This document shows positions 26,897-36,874 of a stretch of 64,000 bases of DNA, in pieces. Source of the DNA: Chloroflexota bacterium (GTDB lineage Bacteria > Chloroflexota > Limnocylindria > QHBO01); the NCBI GenBank assembly GCA_038040195.1, contig JBBPIR010000002.1, positions 1,342-65,341 of the forward strand. Direction: 5' to 3'. The position numbers were made by a program, and so were the translations under genes. The first letter of the stretch is position 1. Every line of letters starts with the position of its first letter. A model generated the notes under the pieces. It was not told the DNA's origin and searched no databases. It saw only the letters and a list, made by a program, of their open reading frames with translations.

Positions 26897-29119
26897 ATGA
26901 CCATGGACCTGGCCCGTCTCCGCGCCGCGCCGGCCGCCGTCGTCCAGCGCATCACGCGGGCCGGCGAGCCGGCCGCTGCACCCGGACCCACCTTGAGCGA
27001 CCTCATCGCCGAGGCGCGGCGACATCGGCCCACCATCAACGTGGCCCTGATCGAGCGCGCCCACGAGGTGGCCAGCGCCGCCCACGAGGGGCAGTTGCGG
27101 GCATCGGGCGAGCCGTACATCACCCATCCCACCGCGGTGGCGTATGAATTGGCGACACTCCAGATGGACGCCGAGACCCTGGCCGCCGGGCTCCTCCACG
27201 ACGTGCCCGAGGACACCGCCTATCCGTTGACCGATATCGAAAAGCGCTTCGGCCGCGAGGTCGCGCGCCTGGTTGACGGCGTGACCAAGCTGTCGAAATT
27301 CGGCAGCGCCCGGTCCACCGAGGAGCAGCAGGCCGAGAACATCCGGAAGATGTTCATGGCCATGGCCGAGGACGCGCGAGTGGTCATCATCAAGCTCGCC
27401 GACCGGCTCCACAACATGCGCACCCTTGAGTTCCTGGCGCCGGACAAGCAGGAGCGGATCGCGCGCCAGACCATGGAGATCTACGCCCCGCTGGCCCATC
27501 GGCTTGGGATGTGGCAGGTCAAGTGGGAGCTGGAGGACCTGTCGTTCAAGGTCCTCGACACGGACACCTACGCCCGGCTGGCGGGGATGCTGGCCGACAG
27601 TCGCAAAACGCGCGAGACGTTCATCAACCGTTCGATCTCCATCCTCCGCAAGGAGCTGGGGGCGGTGGGCATCCAGGCCGAGATCAGCGGCCGCCCCAAG
27701 CACATCTACAGCATCGTCAAGAAGATGGAGCGCAAGGGGGCCGAGTTCCACGAGATCTACGACCTCCACGCCATCCGGGTCCTGGTCGACGACGTGAAGG
27801 ACACCTACGGCGCGCTCGGCGTGGTGCATGCCATCTGGCGCCCGATCCCGGGCCAGTTCGACGACTACATCGCGATGCCCAAGGCCAACCTGTACCAGTC
27901 GCTGCACACCGCGGTCATCGGCCCCGATGCCAAACCGCTCGAAGTGCAGATCCGGACCCGCCAGATGCACGAGGTGGCCGAGGCCGGGATCGCCGCCCAC
28001 TGGCGCTACAAGGAGGGCAGCCGCGCCGATCGGCGCTACGACGAAAAGCTGGCCTGGGTCCGCCAGCTGATGGAGTGGCAGCGTGAGGTGGCCGACGCCA
28101 CCGAATTCGTGGAAGGCCTCAAGCTCGACGTCTTCCAGGACCAGGTCTTCGTGTTCACCCCCAAGGGCGACGTCAAAGACCTGCCGGCTGGCGCCACCCC
28201 GCTCGACTTCGCCTATCGGATCCATACCGATGTCGGGCACCGGACCATCGGGGCCAAGGTCAACAACCGGCTGGTGCCGCTCGATTACCGGCTCCGCAAC
28301 GGCGACATCGTGGACATCGTGACCACCAAGGCGTCTCACGGCCCATCCCGCGACTGGCTGGCCATCGTCCAGACCAACCAGGCCCGCGAAAAGATCCGCC
28401 AGTGGTTCAAGCGCCAGCAGCGCGACGAGAACATCGCCCAGGGGCGCGAGCTGCTCGACCGCGAGCTGCGTCGGCTGGCGCACGAGACGCTGGCATCGGT
28501 GGACAACGCCCGACTGACCGAAATCGCCGCTCAGCTCCATTTCCGCGAGCTGGACGACTTCTACGCCGCCATCGGCTACGGCGCGGTCAGCTCAGCGGCG
28601 GTCGTCAGCCGGCTGGGCATCCACGATGACGTCGAAATCACCCTCCCCGAGGTCGCCCCGCCGGCCGCGCCGAGCATCGCCGGGGTGCGGGTCAAGGGGG
28701 TGGGGGACCTGCTCGTCCGGTTCGCGAACTGCTGCAGCCCGATCCCCGGCGACGAGATCTCCGGCTACGTCACCCGCGGCAAGGGCGTGACCGTCCATCG
28801 CGCGACGTGTCCCAGCGTCCTGTCTGAGAAGGACATCGAGCGCCTGATCGAGGTCGAGTGGGAGGTGGTCGCCCAGCAGACCTACCCGATCACGATCCGG
28901 ATCGAGGGCCTGGACCGGCCCGGGCTCCTGAACGAGATCACGAATGTCGTGGCCGAGAACAAGGTGAACATCGTGGCCGCTTCTGTGAGCACCAACCCCG
29001 ATGGCACGGCGACGATCACCCTCACCCTGAAGGTCACCTCCCTTCAGCAGCTGTCCAAGGTCCTGGTCCGGATCGAAAACGTGCGGGACGTGACCGGCGT
29101 TACCCGGGAGCAGCACTAG
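26897..29119 (+). CDS. relA: Bifunctional (p)ppGpp synthetase/hydrolase RelA/SpoT (Rel)
   Basis: HD hydrolase domain (HPTAVA...LLHDVPEDT), synthetase domain (YQSLHTAV), TGS, ACT-like C-terminus. Start at MTMDLARL (26897, or 26903). Confidence 0.93.
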   Translation: MTMDLARLRAAPAAVVQRITRAGEPAAAPGPTLSDLIAEARRHRPTINVALIERAHEVASAAHEGQLRASGEPYITHPTAVAYELATLQMDAETLAAGLLHDVPEDTAYPLTDIEKRFGREVARLVDGVTKLSKFGSARSTEEQQAENIRKMFMAMAEDARVVIIKLADRLHNMRTLEFLAPDKQERIARQTMEIYAPLAHRLGMWQVKWELEDLSFKVLDTDTYARLAGMLADSRKTRETFINRSISILRKELGAVGIQAEISGRPKHIYSIVKKMERKGAEFHEIYDLHAIRVLVDDVKDTYGALGVVHAIWRPIPGQFDDYIAMPKANLYQSLHTAVIGPDAKPLEVQIRTRQMHEVAEAGIAAHWRYKEGSRADRRYDEKLAWVRQLMEWQREVADATEFVEGLKLDVFQDQVFVFTPKGDVKDLPAGATPLDFAYRIHTDVGHRTIGAKVNNRLVPLDYRLRNGDIVDIVTTKASHGPSRDWLAIVQTNQAREKIRQWFKRQQRDENIAQGRELLDRELRRLAHETLASVDNARLTEIAAQLHFRELDDFYAAIGYGAVSSAAVVSRLGIHDDVEITLPEVAPPAAPSIAGVRVKGVGDLLVRFANCCSPIPGDEISGYVTRGKGVTVHRATCPSVLSEKDIERLIEVEWEVVAQQTYPITIRIEGLDRPGLLNEITNVVAENKVNIVAASVSTNPDGTATITLTLKVTSLQQLSKVLVRIENVRDVTGVTREQH

Positions 29120-30326
29120 CCGGGTCGATCGGTTCCGCGGACGAGGGACCGCCCGCACGGCGGAGCGCGTCGCTGGCGCCCGTCAAGGCCAACCGGATGA
29201 GGGTGGCCGCCGATCCGAAGAGCAGGATGGCGAGGACCCACACCATCCATGGCGCGGTCAGGATCGACTCGAGCTCCGGGGTGAGCGTGAACGGGGTCGT
29301 CAGCACCAGGGCACGGAGCAAGGTGCCCGCGAACCCGATCGACAGCGAAACGTAGGCCGCCAGACTGCGGACGTCCACGGCAGCCAACGGAGCGGCCACG
29401 ACGAAGGCCGGAAACAGGTAGCGCTCATGGACCCGGGTGGGGAGGAAGTAGAAGGCGAAGGCCAGCATCATCCCGACCGTCAGGACGATCACCAGGTCGT
29501 GCCCGCGACGCAGCGGCACCAGCGAGGCGACCAGCCCGATCACGAGAAGCAGGGCGCCGATCCCGACGTACGGGGCGTCGTTGATCTCGAAGCCGACTAG
29601 GACACCCCACACGTTGATGGCGTCGAGCGAGGTGTCGGGTTGAAAGGTGGCGGTGCCTGACAGGCGCTCCAGCCAGTGGATTGGGCTCAGGCCGAGGAAT
29701 GCGCCGATGGTCAAGGCGGCGATGGCTCCGCCGGCCACGACCGCGGCGAGGGGCCACGCCTCGCGCCGTTGCCATAACCGCTGGCCGACGACCACCAGGA
29801 CGGGGAGGACGACGAGGCCGAACTGAGGCTTGGCGAGACCCGCCACGATAGCCAGCCCGCCGGCCAGGGCAAACCGGTCCGCCGACAGGGCCACGAGGGC
29901 CAGCAGGAAGAACAGGCTGCCCGCGGCGTCCACTTGGCCCCAGACCGGCCCGGCCAGGATGAGCGCCGGGTTGAGCAGGTAGCAGCCGGCCGCCAACAGC
30001 CCCGGGCCCGATCCCGCTCGGCGGCTGACGACGACGAACAACGTCAGCCCGATGAGCAGGTCGAAGGGGATCGAGAGGCCCTTGATAGCGGTCGACAGAT
30101 GTTCGCCGTCGAAGGCCAGACCGACGAGCCACAGAAACGGCAGCAGGGCCGGGTAGATGGACGAGTCGTGCTCGTAGAAGTGGCCTGGCCCGTAGAGGAC
30201 CAGGTTTTCCGCCCAGCGGGCCATGACCAAGACGTCACCGAAATGGCCGGGCAGAGGCAGCGCAGCCAGGCGGAGGCCGAGCCCAACCAGGAGCAGGACG
30301 ATCAGGGCCATCCCCGGCATCGGCAC
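29100..30326 (-). CDS. Polytopic GT-C-type membrane glycosyl/mannosyltransferase (DUF2029-like)
   Basis: About 10 predicted TM helices. N-terminal LRLAALPLPGHFGDVLVMARW...YPALLPF pattern typical of GT-C enzymes. Family call is approximate. Confidence 0.6.
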   Translation of the reverse strand: MPMPGMALIVLLLVGLGLRLAALPLPGHFGDVLVMARWAENLVLYGPGHFYEHDSSIYPALLPFLWLVGLAFDGEHLSTAIKGLSIPFDLLIGLTLFVVVSRRAGSGPGLLAAGCYLLNPALILAGPVWGQVDAAGSLFFLLALVALSADRFALAGGLAIVAGLAKPQFGLVVLPVLVVVGQRLWQRREAWPLAAVVAGGAIAALTIGAFLGLSPIHWLERLSGTATFQPDTSLDAINVWGVLVGFEINDAPYVGIGALLLVIGLVASLVPLRRGHDLVIVLTVGMMLAFAFYFLPTRVHERYLFPAFVVAAPLAAVDVRSLAAYVSLSIGFAGTLLRALVLTTPFTLTPELESILTAPWMVWVLAILLFGSAATLIRLALTGASDALRRAGGPSSAEPIDPASAAPG

Positions 30327-30364
30327 ACGGTACCCGACCCGGGCGCGGGATCGGAGTCCGCCGG

Positions 30365-30370
30365 TAGACT
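30365..30370 (+). promoter_or_regulatory. -10 hexamer TAGACT, 7 nt before the hisS ATG (leaderless-type)
   Basis: Last T at 30370, ATG at 30377. No SD in between. Confidence 0.45.
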
Positions 30371-30376
30371 GCGGTC

Positions 30377-31654
30377 ATGCCTGCCATACGCGCCCCTCGC
30401 GGCACCCAGGACCGGCTCCCCGAGCATGCCGCCGCGTGGGAGCGTGCCGAGGCAGCTGGCGCTGAGCTGGCATCGCGATACGGGTTCGAGCGGATCGAAA
30501 CGCCTCTCTTCGAGGCCACCGAGCTGTTCGTGCGCGGGCTCGGAGAGGGCAGCGACGCTGTGGCCAAAGAGATGTTCCGGGTGGGCGGCGCGGCCGGCAG
30601 CGACGAGGAGGAGCCGGCCTGGGCCTTGCGCCCGGAGCCGACCGCCGGCATCGTCCGAGCCTACCTGGAGCATGGGTTGCACGTTCGCCCTGGGCCGCTC
30701 CGGGTATGGATGATAGGCCCCATGTTCCGATACGACCGACCGCAGGCCGGGCGCTTCCGCCAGTTCACGCAGTGGGACGTGGAGGTCATCGGCGATCCCG
30801 GGCCAGCGGTGGACGCGGAGCTGATCGAGCTCGCGGGACGGTACTGCGCGCAGGTCGGCCTGGACGACGTCTTGGTCCATCTGAACTCGATTGGCGACGC
30901 CACCTGCCGACCCGGGTACCGGGCTGCGCTGGTCGAGTACTTCACCCCCCACCGGGAGGCACTCGGCGAGGACGGCCGCCGCCGGCTGGACACCAACCCG
31001 CTGCGGGTGCTGGATGACAAGAACCTCGATCGCGGCCTGGCGGCCGGCGCCCCGAAATCCATCGACCACCTATGTGACGCGTGTCAGGCCCACTTCGCCG
31101 GCGTCACCGGCCTCCTGGATCGGCTGGGAGTCGTGTACCAGATCGACCATCGTCTGGTCCGGGGCCTGGATTACTACACCCGAACCACGTTCGAGCTGTT
31201 CCCGGCCGGCCGAACCGGGAGCCAGGATGCCCTGGCCGGCGGCGGCCGCTACGACGGCCTGGTGGAGCTGCTGGGAGGCCCGCCCACGACGGGAATCGGC
31301 TTCGGCCTGGGACTGGATCGGGTCGTGCTCGCCATGGCCCAGCGTGGCGTTCCCGGCGAGCCCACGCCCGCCCTGGTGGCCGTGGTCGGCACCCAACCGG
31401 ACGACGTCGCCGAACGGCTCCTGGTGGCGGGCGCCCTGCGCGAAGCGGGACTTCGTGTGCGCCCTGACGGATCGGACCGAAAGCTCGGACGCCAGCTGGA
31501 GGCGGCCGCCAAGGTCGGCGCTCGGTGGGCGGTCATCGTGGGCGAGGAGCTGACCCGGGGTGCGGTCGTGCTTCGCGATCTCGCCGATGGCAGCCAGCGC
31601 GAGATCGCGCTCGACCAGGTGGCGAGCGCCACGCGCGGCAGCTCCACCTCATGA
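30377..31654 (+). CDS. hisS: Histidine--tRNA ligase
   Basis: RGTQD..., FRYDRPQAGRFRQFTQWDVEVIG, GGGRYDGL, C-terminal anticodon-binding domain. Confidence 0.95.
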   Translation: MPAIRAPRGTQDRLPEHAAAWERAEAAGAELASRYGFERIETPLFEATELFVRGLGEGSDAVAKEMFRVGGAAGSDEEEPAWALRPEPTAGIVRAYLEHGLHVRPGPLRVWMIGPMFRYDRPQAGRFRQFTQWDVEVIGDPGPAVDAELIELAGRYCAQVGLDDVLVHLNSIGDATCRPGYRAALVEYFTPHREALGEDGRRRLDTNPLRVLDDKNLDRGLAAGAPKSIDHLCDACQAHFAGVTGLLDRLGVVYQIDHRLVRGLDYYTRTTFELFPAGRTGSQDALAGGGRYDGLVELLGGPPTTGIGFGLGLDRVVLAMAQRGVPGEPTPALVAVVGTQPDDVAERLLVAGALREAGLRVRPDGSDRKLGRQLEAAAKVGARWAVIVGEELTRGAVVLRDLADGSQREIALDQVASATRGSSTS

Positions 31655-33453
31655 CGCCCCCATCCTTCCGGACCCATACCTGCGGGGAGCTGCGCGCCGC
31701 CCACATCGGGGAGCGAGTGACCCTGGCCGGCTGGGTCAATCGCCGTCGTGACCACGGCCACCTGACGTTCTTCGACCTGCGCGACCGCTACGGGATCACG
31801 CAGGTGGTGACCAACCTGGACGAGGCCCCCGATGCGCACCACGCGGGCGCCGACGCACGGGCGGAGTGGGTGATCCAGGTCGAGGGCGTCGTGCGCCAGC
31901 GCCCGGACGGCACGGCGAACCCGGAGCTTCCCAGCGGGGAGGTCGAGGTCGGGGTGGATCGTCTCAGCGTGCTGAACCCGTCCAAGGTGCCGCCGTTCTA
32001 CATCAACGAGGAGCAACCCGGCCTCGACGAGTCCCTCCGGCTCACCTATCGGTACCTCGATCTGCGCCGGCCGCCGCTGCAGGCACGGATGCTGCTGCGC
32101 AGCCGGCTGGCATCGGCCGTCCGACGCCACCTCGAGGGTGCGGGATTCGTGGAGATCGAGACGCCGACCCTCATCCGTTCCACCCCCGAAGGGGCGCGGG
32201 ACTTCGTGGTGCCCAGCCGCCTGCAGCCGGGAAAGATCTACGCTCTGCCGCAGTCGCCGCAGGTCCTCAAGCAGCTGCTGATGGTGGCCGGATACGACCG
32301 CTACTACCAGCTGGCGCATGCCTACCGCGATGAGGACTTTCGCGCCGATCGGGGGCCGGAGCACACCCAGATCGACATCGAGATGAGCTTCGTCCGCGAG
32401 GCCGACGTGATGGCCACGGTCGAGGAGATGGTGACCGCGGTCAGCGCAGCGGTGGTGCCGGACCGTCCCATCGCCCAGGTTCCGTTCCCGCGCCTGACCT
32501 ACGCCGACGCCATCATCCGCTACGGGTCTGACAAGCCCGACGTCCGGCTCGGGATGGAGCTGGTGGACCTCGGCTCGGCCGTGGCGGGCACCGACCTTCG
32601 GGTGTTTACCGATGCCCTGGCTGCCGGCGGGGCGATCCGCGGCCTGGTCGCGCCCGGCTGCGCGGGGTTCTCACGCCGCCAGACCGATGAGCTGACCGAT
32701 CTCGCCATCCGGCACGGCGCCGGTGGCCTGATCCACCTGGCGGTCGAGCCCGATGGCACCCTGAAAGGAGCGGTCGCCCGCCACCTGCCGCCGGCCACCG
32801 CGGAGCGGGTGATCGAGGCCAGTGGCGCAGTGCCGGGCGACCTCATCCTGGCGGTCGCCGACGCGGACGGCCGTCGGGGGGCCGAGGCCCTGGGGAGGGT
32901 CCGGGTGGACCTGGGGGCTCAGCTCGGCATCGGCCAGCCGGGCGTGCTGTCGTACGTGTGGGTCCACCGCTTCCCCATGTTCAAGTGGGATGCCGAGGGC
33001 AACCGCTGGGACGCGACCCACAACCCGTTCAGCGCCCCGGTCTGGGAGGAGGCCGACGACATGGAGCGCGACCCCGCGGCCATCCACGCGCAGCAGTACG
33101 ACCTGGCCCTCAACGGCTGGGAGCTGGGCGGCGGCTCGATCCGGATCCACCGCCGCGACCTGCTGGAGCGGGCGTTCGCCCTGATGGGCCACACGATCGA
33201 GGGCATGCGCGACCAGTTCGGGGCGCTCCTCGACGCCCTCGAGTTCGGCGCGCCCCCGCACGGTGGGATCGCGATCGGGCTGGACCGATGGACCGCGCTG
33301 CTTGCCGACCAGGACAACATCCGTGAAGTGATGGCGTTCCCCAAGACACAGTCGGGGAGCGACCTCATGCTGGGCGCCCCGTCGCCCATCGCGGCCGAGC
33401 AACTCGCCGAGTTGGGGCTGCGGCTCGCCGATCAGTCGCCCGAGGGCTCGTAG
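31651..33453 (+). CDS. aspS: Aspartate--tRNA ligase
   Basis: ATGA overlap with hisS. OB-fold RTHTCGELR...GWVNRRRDHG.LTFFDLRDRYG, QSPQVLKQLLMV, GGGSIRIH. Confidence 0.95.
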   Translation: MTPPSFRTHTCGELRAAHIGERVTLAGWVNRRRDHGHLTFFDLRDRYGITQVVTNLDEAPDAHHAGADARAEWVIQVEGVVRQRPDGTANPELPSGEVEVGVDRLSVLNPSKVPPFYINEEQPGLDESLRLTYRYLDLRRPPLQARMLLRSRLASAVRRHLEGAGFVEIETPTLIRSTPEGARDFVVPSRLQPGKIYALPQSPQVLKQLLMVAGYDRYYQLAHAYRDEDFRADRGPEHTQIDIEMSFVREADVMATVEEMVTAVSAAVVPDRPIAQVPFPRLTYADAIIRYGSDKPDVRLGMELVDLGSAVAGTDLRVFTDALAAGGAIRGLVAPGCAGFSRRQTDELTDLAIRHGAGGLIHLAVEPDGTLKGAVARHLPPATAERVIEASGAVPGDLILAVADADGRRGAEALGRVRVDLGAQLGIGQPGVLSYVWVHRFPMFKWDAEGNRWDATHNPFSAPVWEEADDMERDPAAIHAQQYDLALNGWELGGGSIRIHRRDLLERAFALMGHTIEGMRDQFGALLDALEFGAPPHGGIAIGLDRWTALLADQDNIREVMAFPKTQSGSDLMLGAPSPIAAEQLAELGLRLADQSPEGS

Positions 33454-33815
33454 CCGCCGCCGACGTGGCGCTCCGTCCCGCGCAGGGCCGGGTTGAAGAT
33501 GCAGACCAGGCGGGCGCCGCCGGCGCTGCGCGCGGTGTGCCGGTCATGCTGGTCGAGGGCATAGACCCCACCCGGCCCTACCGCGAACTCCCGCCCGCTG
33601 GCTGCATCGGTGATCTCCATCCCACCCGACACGACGTAGCACGCCTCGAGGTGGTGCCGGTACTCGAGCTCCAACTCGAAGCCGGCCTGGATCACGACGT
33701 CGTTCAGGGAGTAGCCCATCCGGTCCGCCGCGGTCAGGATCCGTCGGCTCGTCCAGTCATCGCCCGACACTTCGTGTTCGGTGCCGCCCACGTCATCGGC
33801 TGATCGAATGATCAT
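33432..33815 (-). CDS. ectC: EctC-like cupin (L-ectoine synthase family), solitary
   Basis: MIIRSADDV...WTSRRIL...DRMGYSLNDVVI..G.ELELEYRHHLEACYVVSG.MEI...YALDQHDRH...VCIFNPAL.G.E.H aligns with my memory of EctC. GAGGAGA SD upstream of ATG 33815. Confidence 0.75.
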   Translation of the reverse strand: MIIRSADDVGGTEHEVSGDDWTSRRILTAADRMGYSLNDVVIQAGFELELEYRHHLEACYVVSGGMEITDAASGREFAVGPGGVYALDQHDRHTARSAGGARLVCIFNPALRGTERHVGGGYEPSGD

Positions 33816-33896
33816 CGGTCTCTCCTCTGCGGTTGTTCGGCCGGCGCAGGCCGATTGTGGGCCGTCCGGATGGCTGGGGCATAATCGCCCACGACC

Positions 33897-35087
33897 ATGG
33901 CCATCTACCTCGACCACGCCGCGACCACCGCTCTGCGGCCCGAGGTCCTCGAGGCCATGCTGCCCTACCTGACCGAGCACTTCGGCAATCCGTCCAGCCT
34001 GCATGCCGCCGGTCGGCGTGCCCGGCAGGGCCTCGACGAGGCGCGAGAGACCGTGGCCGGCGCGCTGGGCGCCAAGCCGCGGGAGATCGTGTTCACCTCC
34101 GGCGCGTCGGAGAACACGAGCCTGGCCATCAACGGGATCACGTGGGCGGCGAGCGCCCGCGGCCGTCATATGGTCACCACCGCGATCGAGCACCGGGCGG
34201 TCCTGAACACCTGCGCCGTCCTCGAGCGCCACGGGTTCGAGGTGACGTACCTGCCGGTGGACCGATACGGCCAGGTGGACCCGGACGCGGTGGCAAACGC
34301 GATCGGCCCGCACACCACCCTGGTCGCGATCGGGTATGCCAACAACGAGGTCGGGACCGTTCAGCCCATCGCCCAGATCGGCGCCATCTGCCGCGAGCGG
34401 AACGTCGCCCTGTACACCGATGCCACCCAGGCAGCGGCTTCGCTGCCGCTCGACGTGGACAGCCTCCAGGTCGACCTGCTGGGCATCGCGGCCCACAAGG
34501 TCGAAGGACCCAAGGGGGTGGGCGCGCTGTTCGTGCGCCAGGGAACGAACCTCATTCCCCAGCAGCAGGGCGGGTCGCAGGAGCGGCAACGGCGAGCGGG
34601 GACCGAGAACGTGGCCGGGGCCGTGGGACTGGGTGAGGCGCTGCGCCTGGCCCGTGGCGACGCTGAGCGACTGGCGGCCGAGAACGAGCGCCAGCGGGGG
34701 TTGCGCCAGCGACTTGCGCATCGTCTCGAGGGAATTCCCGACGGCGAGCTCACTGGCCACCCCGAGGCGCGATTGCCGAACAGCGTGAGCTGGGCCTTCC
34801 GCGGCGTGGAGGGCGGTGACCTGGTGGCGGCGCTCGACCTGGAGGGCGTCGCCGCGTCCACCGGCAGCGCCTGCACCTCGGGCAGCGCCGAGCCGAGCCA
34901 CGTCCTGGCGGCCATGGGGGTGCCGTCAGATCTGATTCGCGGTTCGCTGCGCCTGAGCATGGGCCGCACCACCACCGCGGCCGAGGTCGATCGAGCGGCG
35001 GACCTGGTGGCCGCCGCTGTCCAGCGGGTACGCGCCGCGGCCCAGCCCGCTGCGGCCGATGCCGCGCCGGCCCCGGCGGGGGCCTGA
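33897..35087 (+). CDS. iscS: Cysteine desulfurase (IscS/NifS class)
   Basis: IYLDHAATT, SGASENTSLAI, PLP Lys in AAHKVEGPKG, catalytic Cys in GSACTSG. Confidence 0.92.
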   Translation: MAIYLDHAATTALRPEVLEAMLPYLTEHFGNPSSLHAAGRRARQGLDEARETVAGALGAKPREIVFTSGASENTSLAINGITWAASARGRHMVTTAIEHRAVLNTCAVLERHGFEVTYLPVDRYGQVDPDAVANAIGPHTTLVAIGYANNEVGTVQPIAQIGAICRERNVALYTDATQAAASLPLDVDSLQVDLLGIAAHKVEGPKGVGALFVRQGTNLIPQQQGGSQERQRRAGTENVAGAVGLGEALRLARGDAERLAAENERQRGLRQRLAHRLEGIPDGELTGHPEARLPNSVSWAFRGVEGGDLVAALDLEGVAASTGSACTSGSAEPSHVLAAMGVPSDLIRGSLRLSMGRTTTAAEVDRAADLVAAAVQRVRAAAQPAAADAAPAPAGA

Positions 35088-35097
35088 GAGAGCACCG

Positions 35098-36183
35098 ATG
35101 CCGCGGATTGTGGCCGCCATGAGCGGCGGCGTGGACTCCAGCGTGGCCGCGGCGCTGCTCGCCCGCGAGGCTGCGGCGGGGGGCGACGAGGTGGTCGGGG
35201 TCTGGATGCGCACCCACCCGGACCGAGGCGAGGGCTGGGAGCCGCGACGCGGCTGCTGCTCGACCGAGGCCGCGGACGACGCCCGCCGCGTCGCGCAGCG
35301 GATCGGCATCCCGTTCTTCATCCTCAACGTCGAACCCGAGTTCGGGGCCCAGGTCATCGACGCCTTCGCCGAGGCGTACCTCGGGGGGACCACACCCAAC
35401 CCATGCCAGGCCTGCAACCAGAAGATCAAATTCGACCTCCTCGCTCGGCGCGCCGTGGGCGCCTACGGGGCGGATGGCGTGGCAACCGGGCATTACGCTC
35501 GCGTTGCGCGCAGCGACGGCCAGTGGCGGCTGCTGCGGGCCGTGGACGCGACCAAGGATCAGACCTACTTCCTGTGGAACCTCGGCCAGCGCCAGCTGGC
35601 TGCCACTCGCTTCCCGCTGGGGGAGATGACCAAGCCGCAGGTCCGACAGCTGGCGACCGAGATGGAGCTCCCCACCGCGGCCACCCCCGAGTCCCAGGAG
35701 ATCTGCTTCGTCCCCGCCGGCGACTACCGGGCCCTGCTGGCCGAGCGCACGTCGTACGTCGGCGAGTCGGGGCCTATCGTGGACGGCGAGGGTCGCCGGC
35801 TCGGCACCCATACCGGATTCGCGCACTACACGGTTGGCCAGCGACGCGGGCTGGGGCTGACCGCCAGCGAGCCGCACTACGTGCGCGAGATCCGGCCTGA
35901 GACCAACGAGGTCGTGGTCGGGTCGCGAGACGACCTTTCCGTGCGCGGTTTCGTCGCCGACGCTCGCCATTTCGTGGCCGGAGCGGCGCCGGCCGAGCGA
36001 TTCGAGGCCCAGGTCCGGATTCGGCATCGGGCGCCCGAGGTGAACTGCGAAGTGACGCTGGTCGGGTCGGAGCGGATGGTCGTGGAGACCGCCGAGCCGG
36101 TGTGGGCCGCAGCCCCCGGCCAGTCCGCCGTCCTGTACCTCGGCGACGAGTGCCTGGGCGGAGGCCGGATCGCTCGGGCCTGA
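35098..36183 (+). CDS. mnmA: tRNA-specific 2-thiouridylase MnmA
   Basis: ATG 35098 (MPRIVAAMSGGVDSSVAA PP-loop), NPCQACNQKIKF, TKDQTYFL. Confidence 0.93.
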   Translation: MPRIVAAMSGGVDSSVAAALLAREAAAGGDEVVGVWMRTHPDRGEGWEPRRGCCSTEAADDARRVAQRIGIPFFILNVEPEFGAQVIDAFAEAYLGGTTPNPCQACNQKIKFDLLARRAVGAYGADGVATGHYARVARSDGQWRLLRAVDATKDQTYFLWNLGQRQLAATRFPLGEMTKPQVRQLATEMELPTAATPESQEICFVPAGDYRALLAERTSYVGESGPIVDGEGRRLGTHTGFAHYTVGQRRGLGLTASEPHYVREIRPETNEVVVGSRDDLSVRGFVADARHFVAGAAPAERFEAQVRIRHRAPEVNCEVTLVGSERMVVETAEPVWAAAPGQSAVLYLGDECLGGGRIARA

Positions 36184-36186
36184 GCC

Positions 36187-36492
36187 GTGGTGCCGTGGGC
36201 CATCTGGACCGTCCTGGTGGCCGCCATCAACCTAACCCTGTTCATCGCCATTCGGGGCCGCTGGGGCCGGCAAGCCCTCGTGCTGGCCCTGGCTGCGCTG
36301 GCCGGCACCGCGGCCGGCAACGCCGTTGCCGGCCTCGTCGGCTTCGACCTATTGGTGTTCGGCGAATTCCACCTGGCGGCGGCCATCATCGGCGCCCAGC
36401 TGGCGCTGGTGACGACCGCGGCGCTGGCGACACTGCTCTCGCCGGCGGGTGATCCGAGCCGGCGGCGCGACGGGTCCGGGCCGGGCCGGTAG
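36187..36492 (+). CDS. Small hydrophobic membrane protein, unknown function
   Basis: Three predicted TM segments. GTG start 3 nt after the mnmA stop. No family recognised. Confidence 0.5.
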   Translation: MVPWAIWTVLVAAINLTLFIAIRGRWGRQALVLALAALAGTAAGNAVAGLVGFDLLVFGEFHLAAAIIGAQLALVTTAALATLLSPAGDPSRRRDGSGPGR

Positions 36493-36539
36493 AATCGGTG
36501 CCCAACGACGAAGTCCCTCATAGGAGCAAGGCACACGTC

Positions 36540-36803
36540 ATGAATGATTCCGGTTTCGGAAGTTTCGTCGCCGGTCTGGTCATCGGTGGCCTGATCGGCG
36601 CGGCAGTCGGGCTGCTCCTGGCGCCCGAATCGGGCGAGGAGATGCGCGGTAAGGTCGGTGAGTTCGTCGATGAGCGGACGCGCGACCTGGGCGACGCGGT
36701 CAGCGAGGGCAAGGCGGCCGCCGAGCAGGCTCGCACGGCCATGCTGGCCGCGCTTCAGCGCGACACGACCGCCGAGGCCCCGGCCGAGGAGAGCGCCAGC
36801 TAG
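36540..36803 (+). CDS. YtxH-like small membrane-anchored protein
   Basis: FVAGLVIGGLIGAAVGLLLAPESGEEMRGKV followed by an amphipathic helix. AGGAG (36522-36526) upstream. TAGAAT at 36490-36495. Confidence 0.7.
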   Translation: MNDSGFGSFVAGLVIGGLIGAAVGLLLAPESGEEMRGKVGEFVDERTRDLGDAVSEGKAAAEQARTAMLAALQRDTTAEAPAEESAS

Positions 36804-36826
36804 CTTCTACCGGTGACGTCAAACAG

Positions 36827-36854
36827 ACGAGAGCCGGCCGGGGCCGGCTCTCGT
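36827..36854 (+). terminator. Strong GC hairpin after the ytxH-like gene
   Basis: ACGAGAGCCGGC / CGGG / GCCGGCTCTCGT: a 12-bp perfect stem 24 nt after the stop. No U-tract. Confidence 0.5.
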
Positions 36855-36874
36855 CGCGCCTGAGCGGTTTCCTC

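Noticed and set aside
30327-30376. T-box or other riboswitch leaders upstream of hisS, aspS or alaS.
   Set aside because: The hisS start is 7 nt from its -10 box. aspS overlaps hisS. The 71-nt region before alaS is occupied by the upstream terminator hairpin. None of these regions has room for a T-box (about 200 nt or more).
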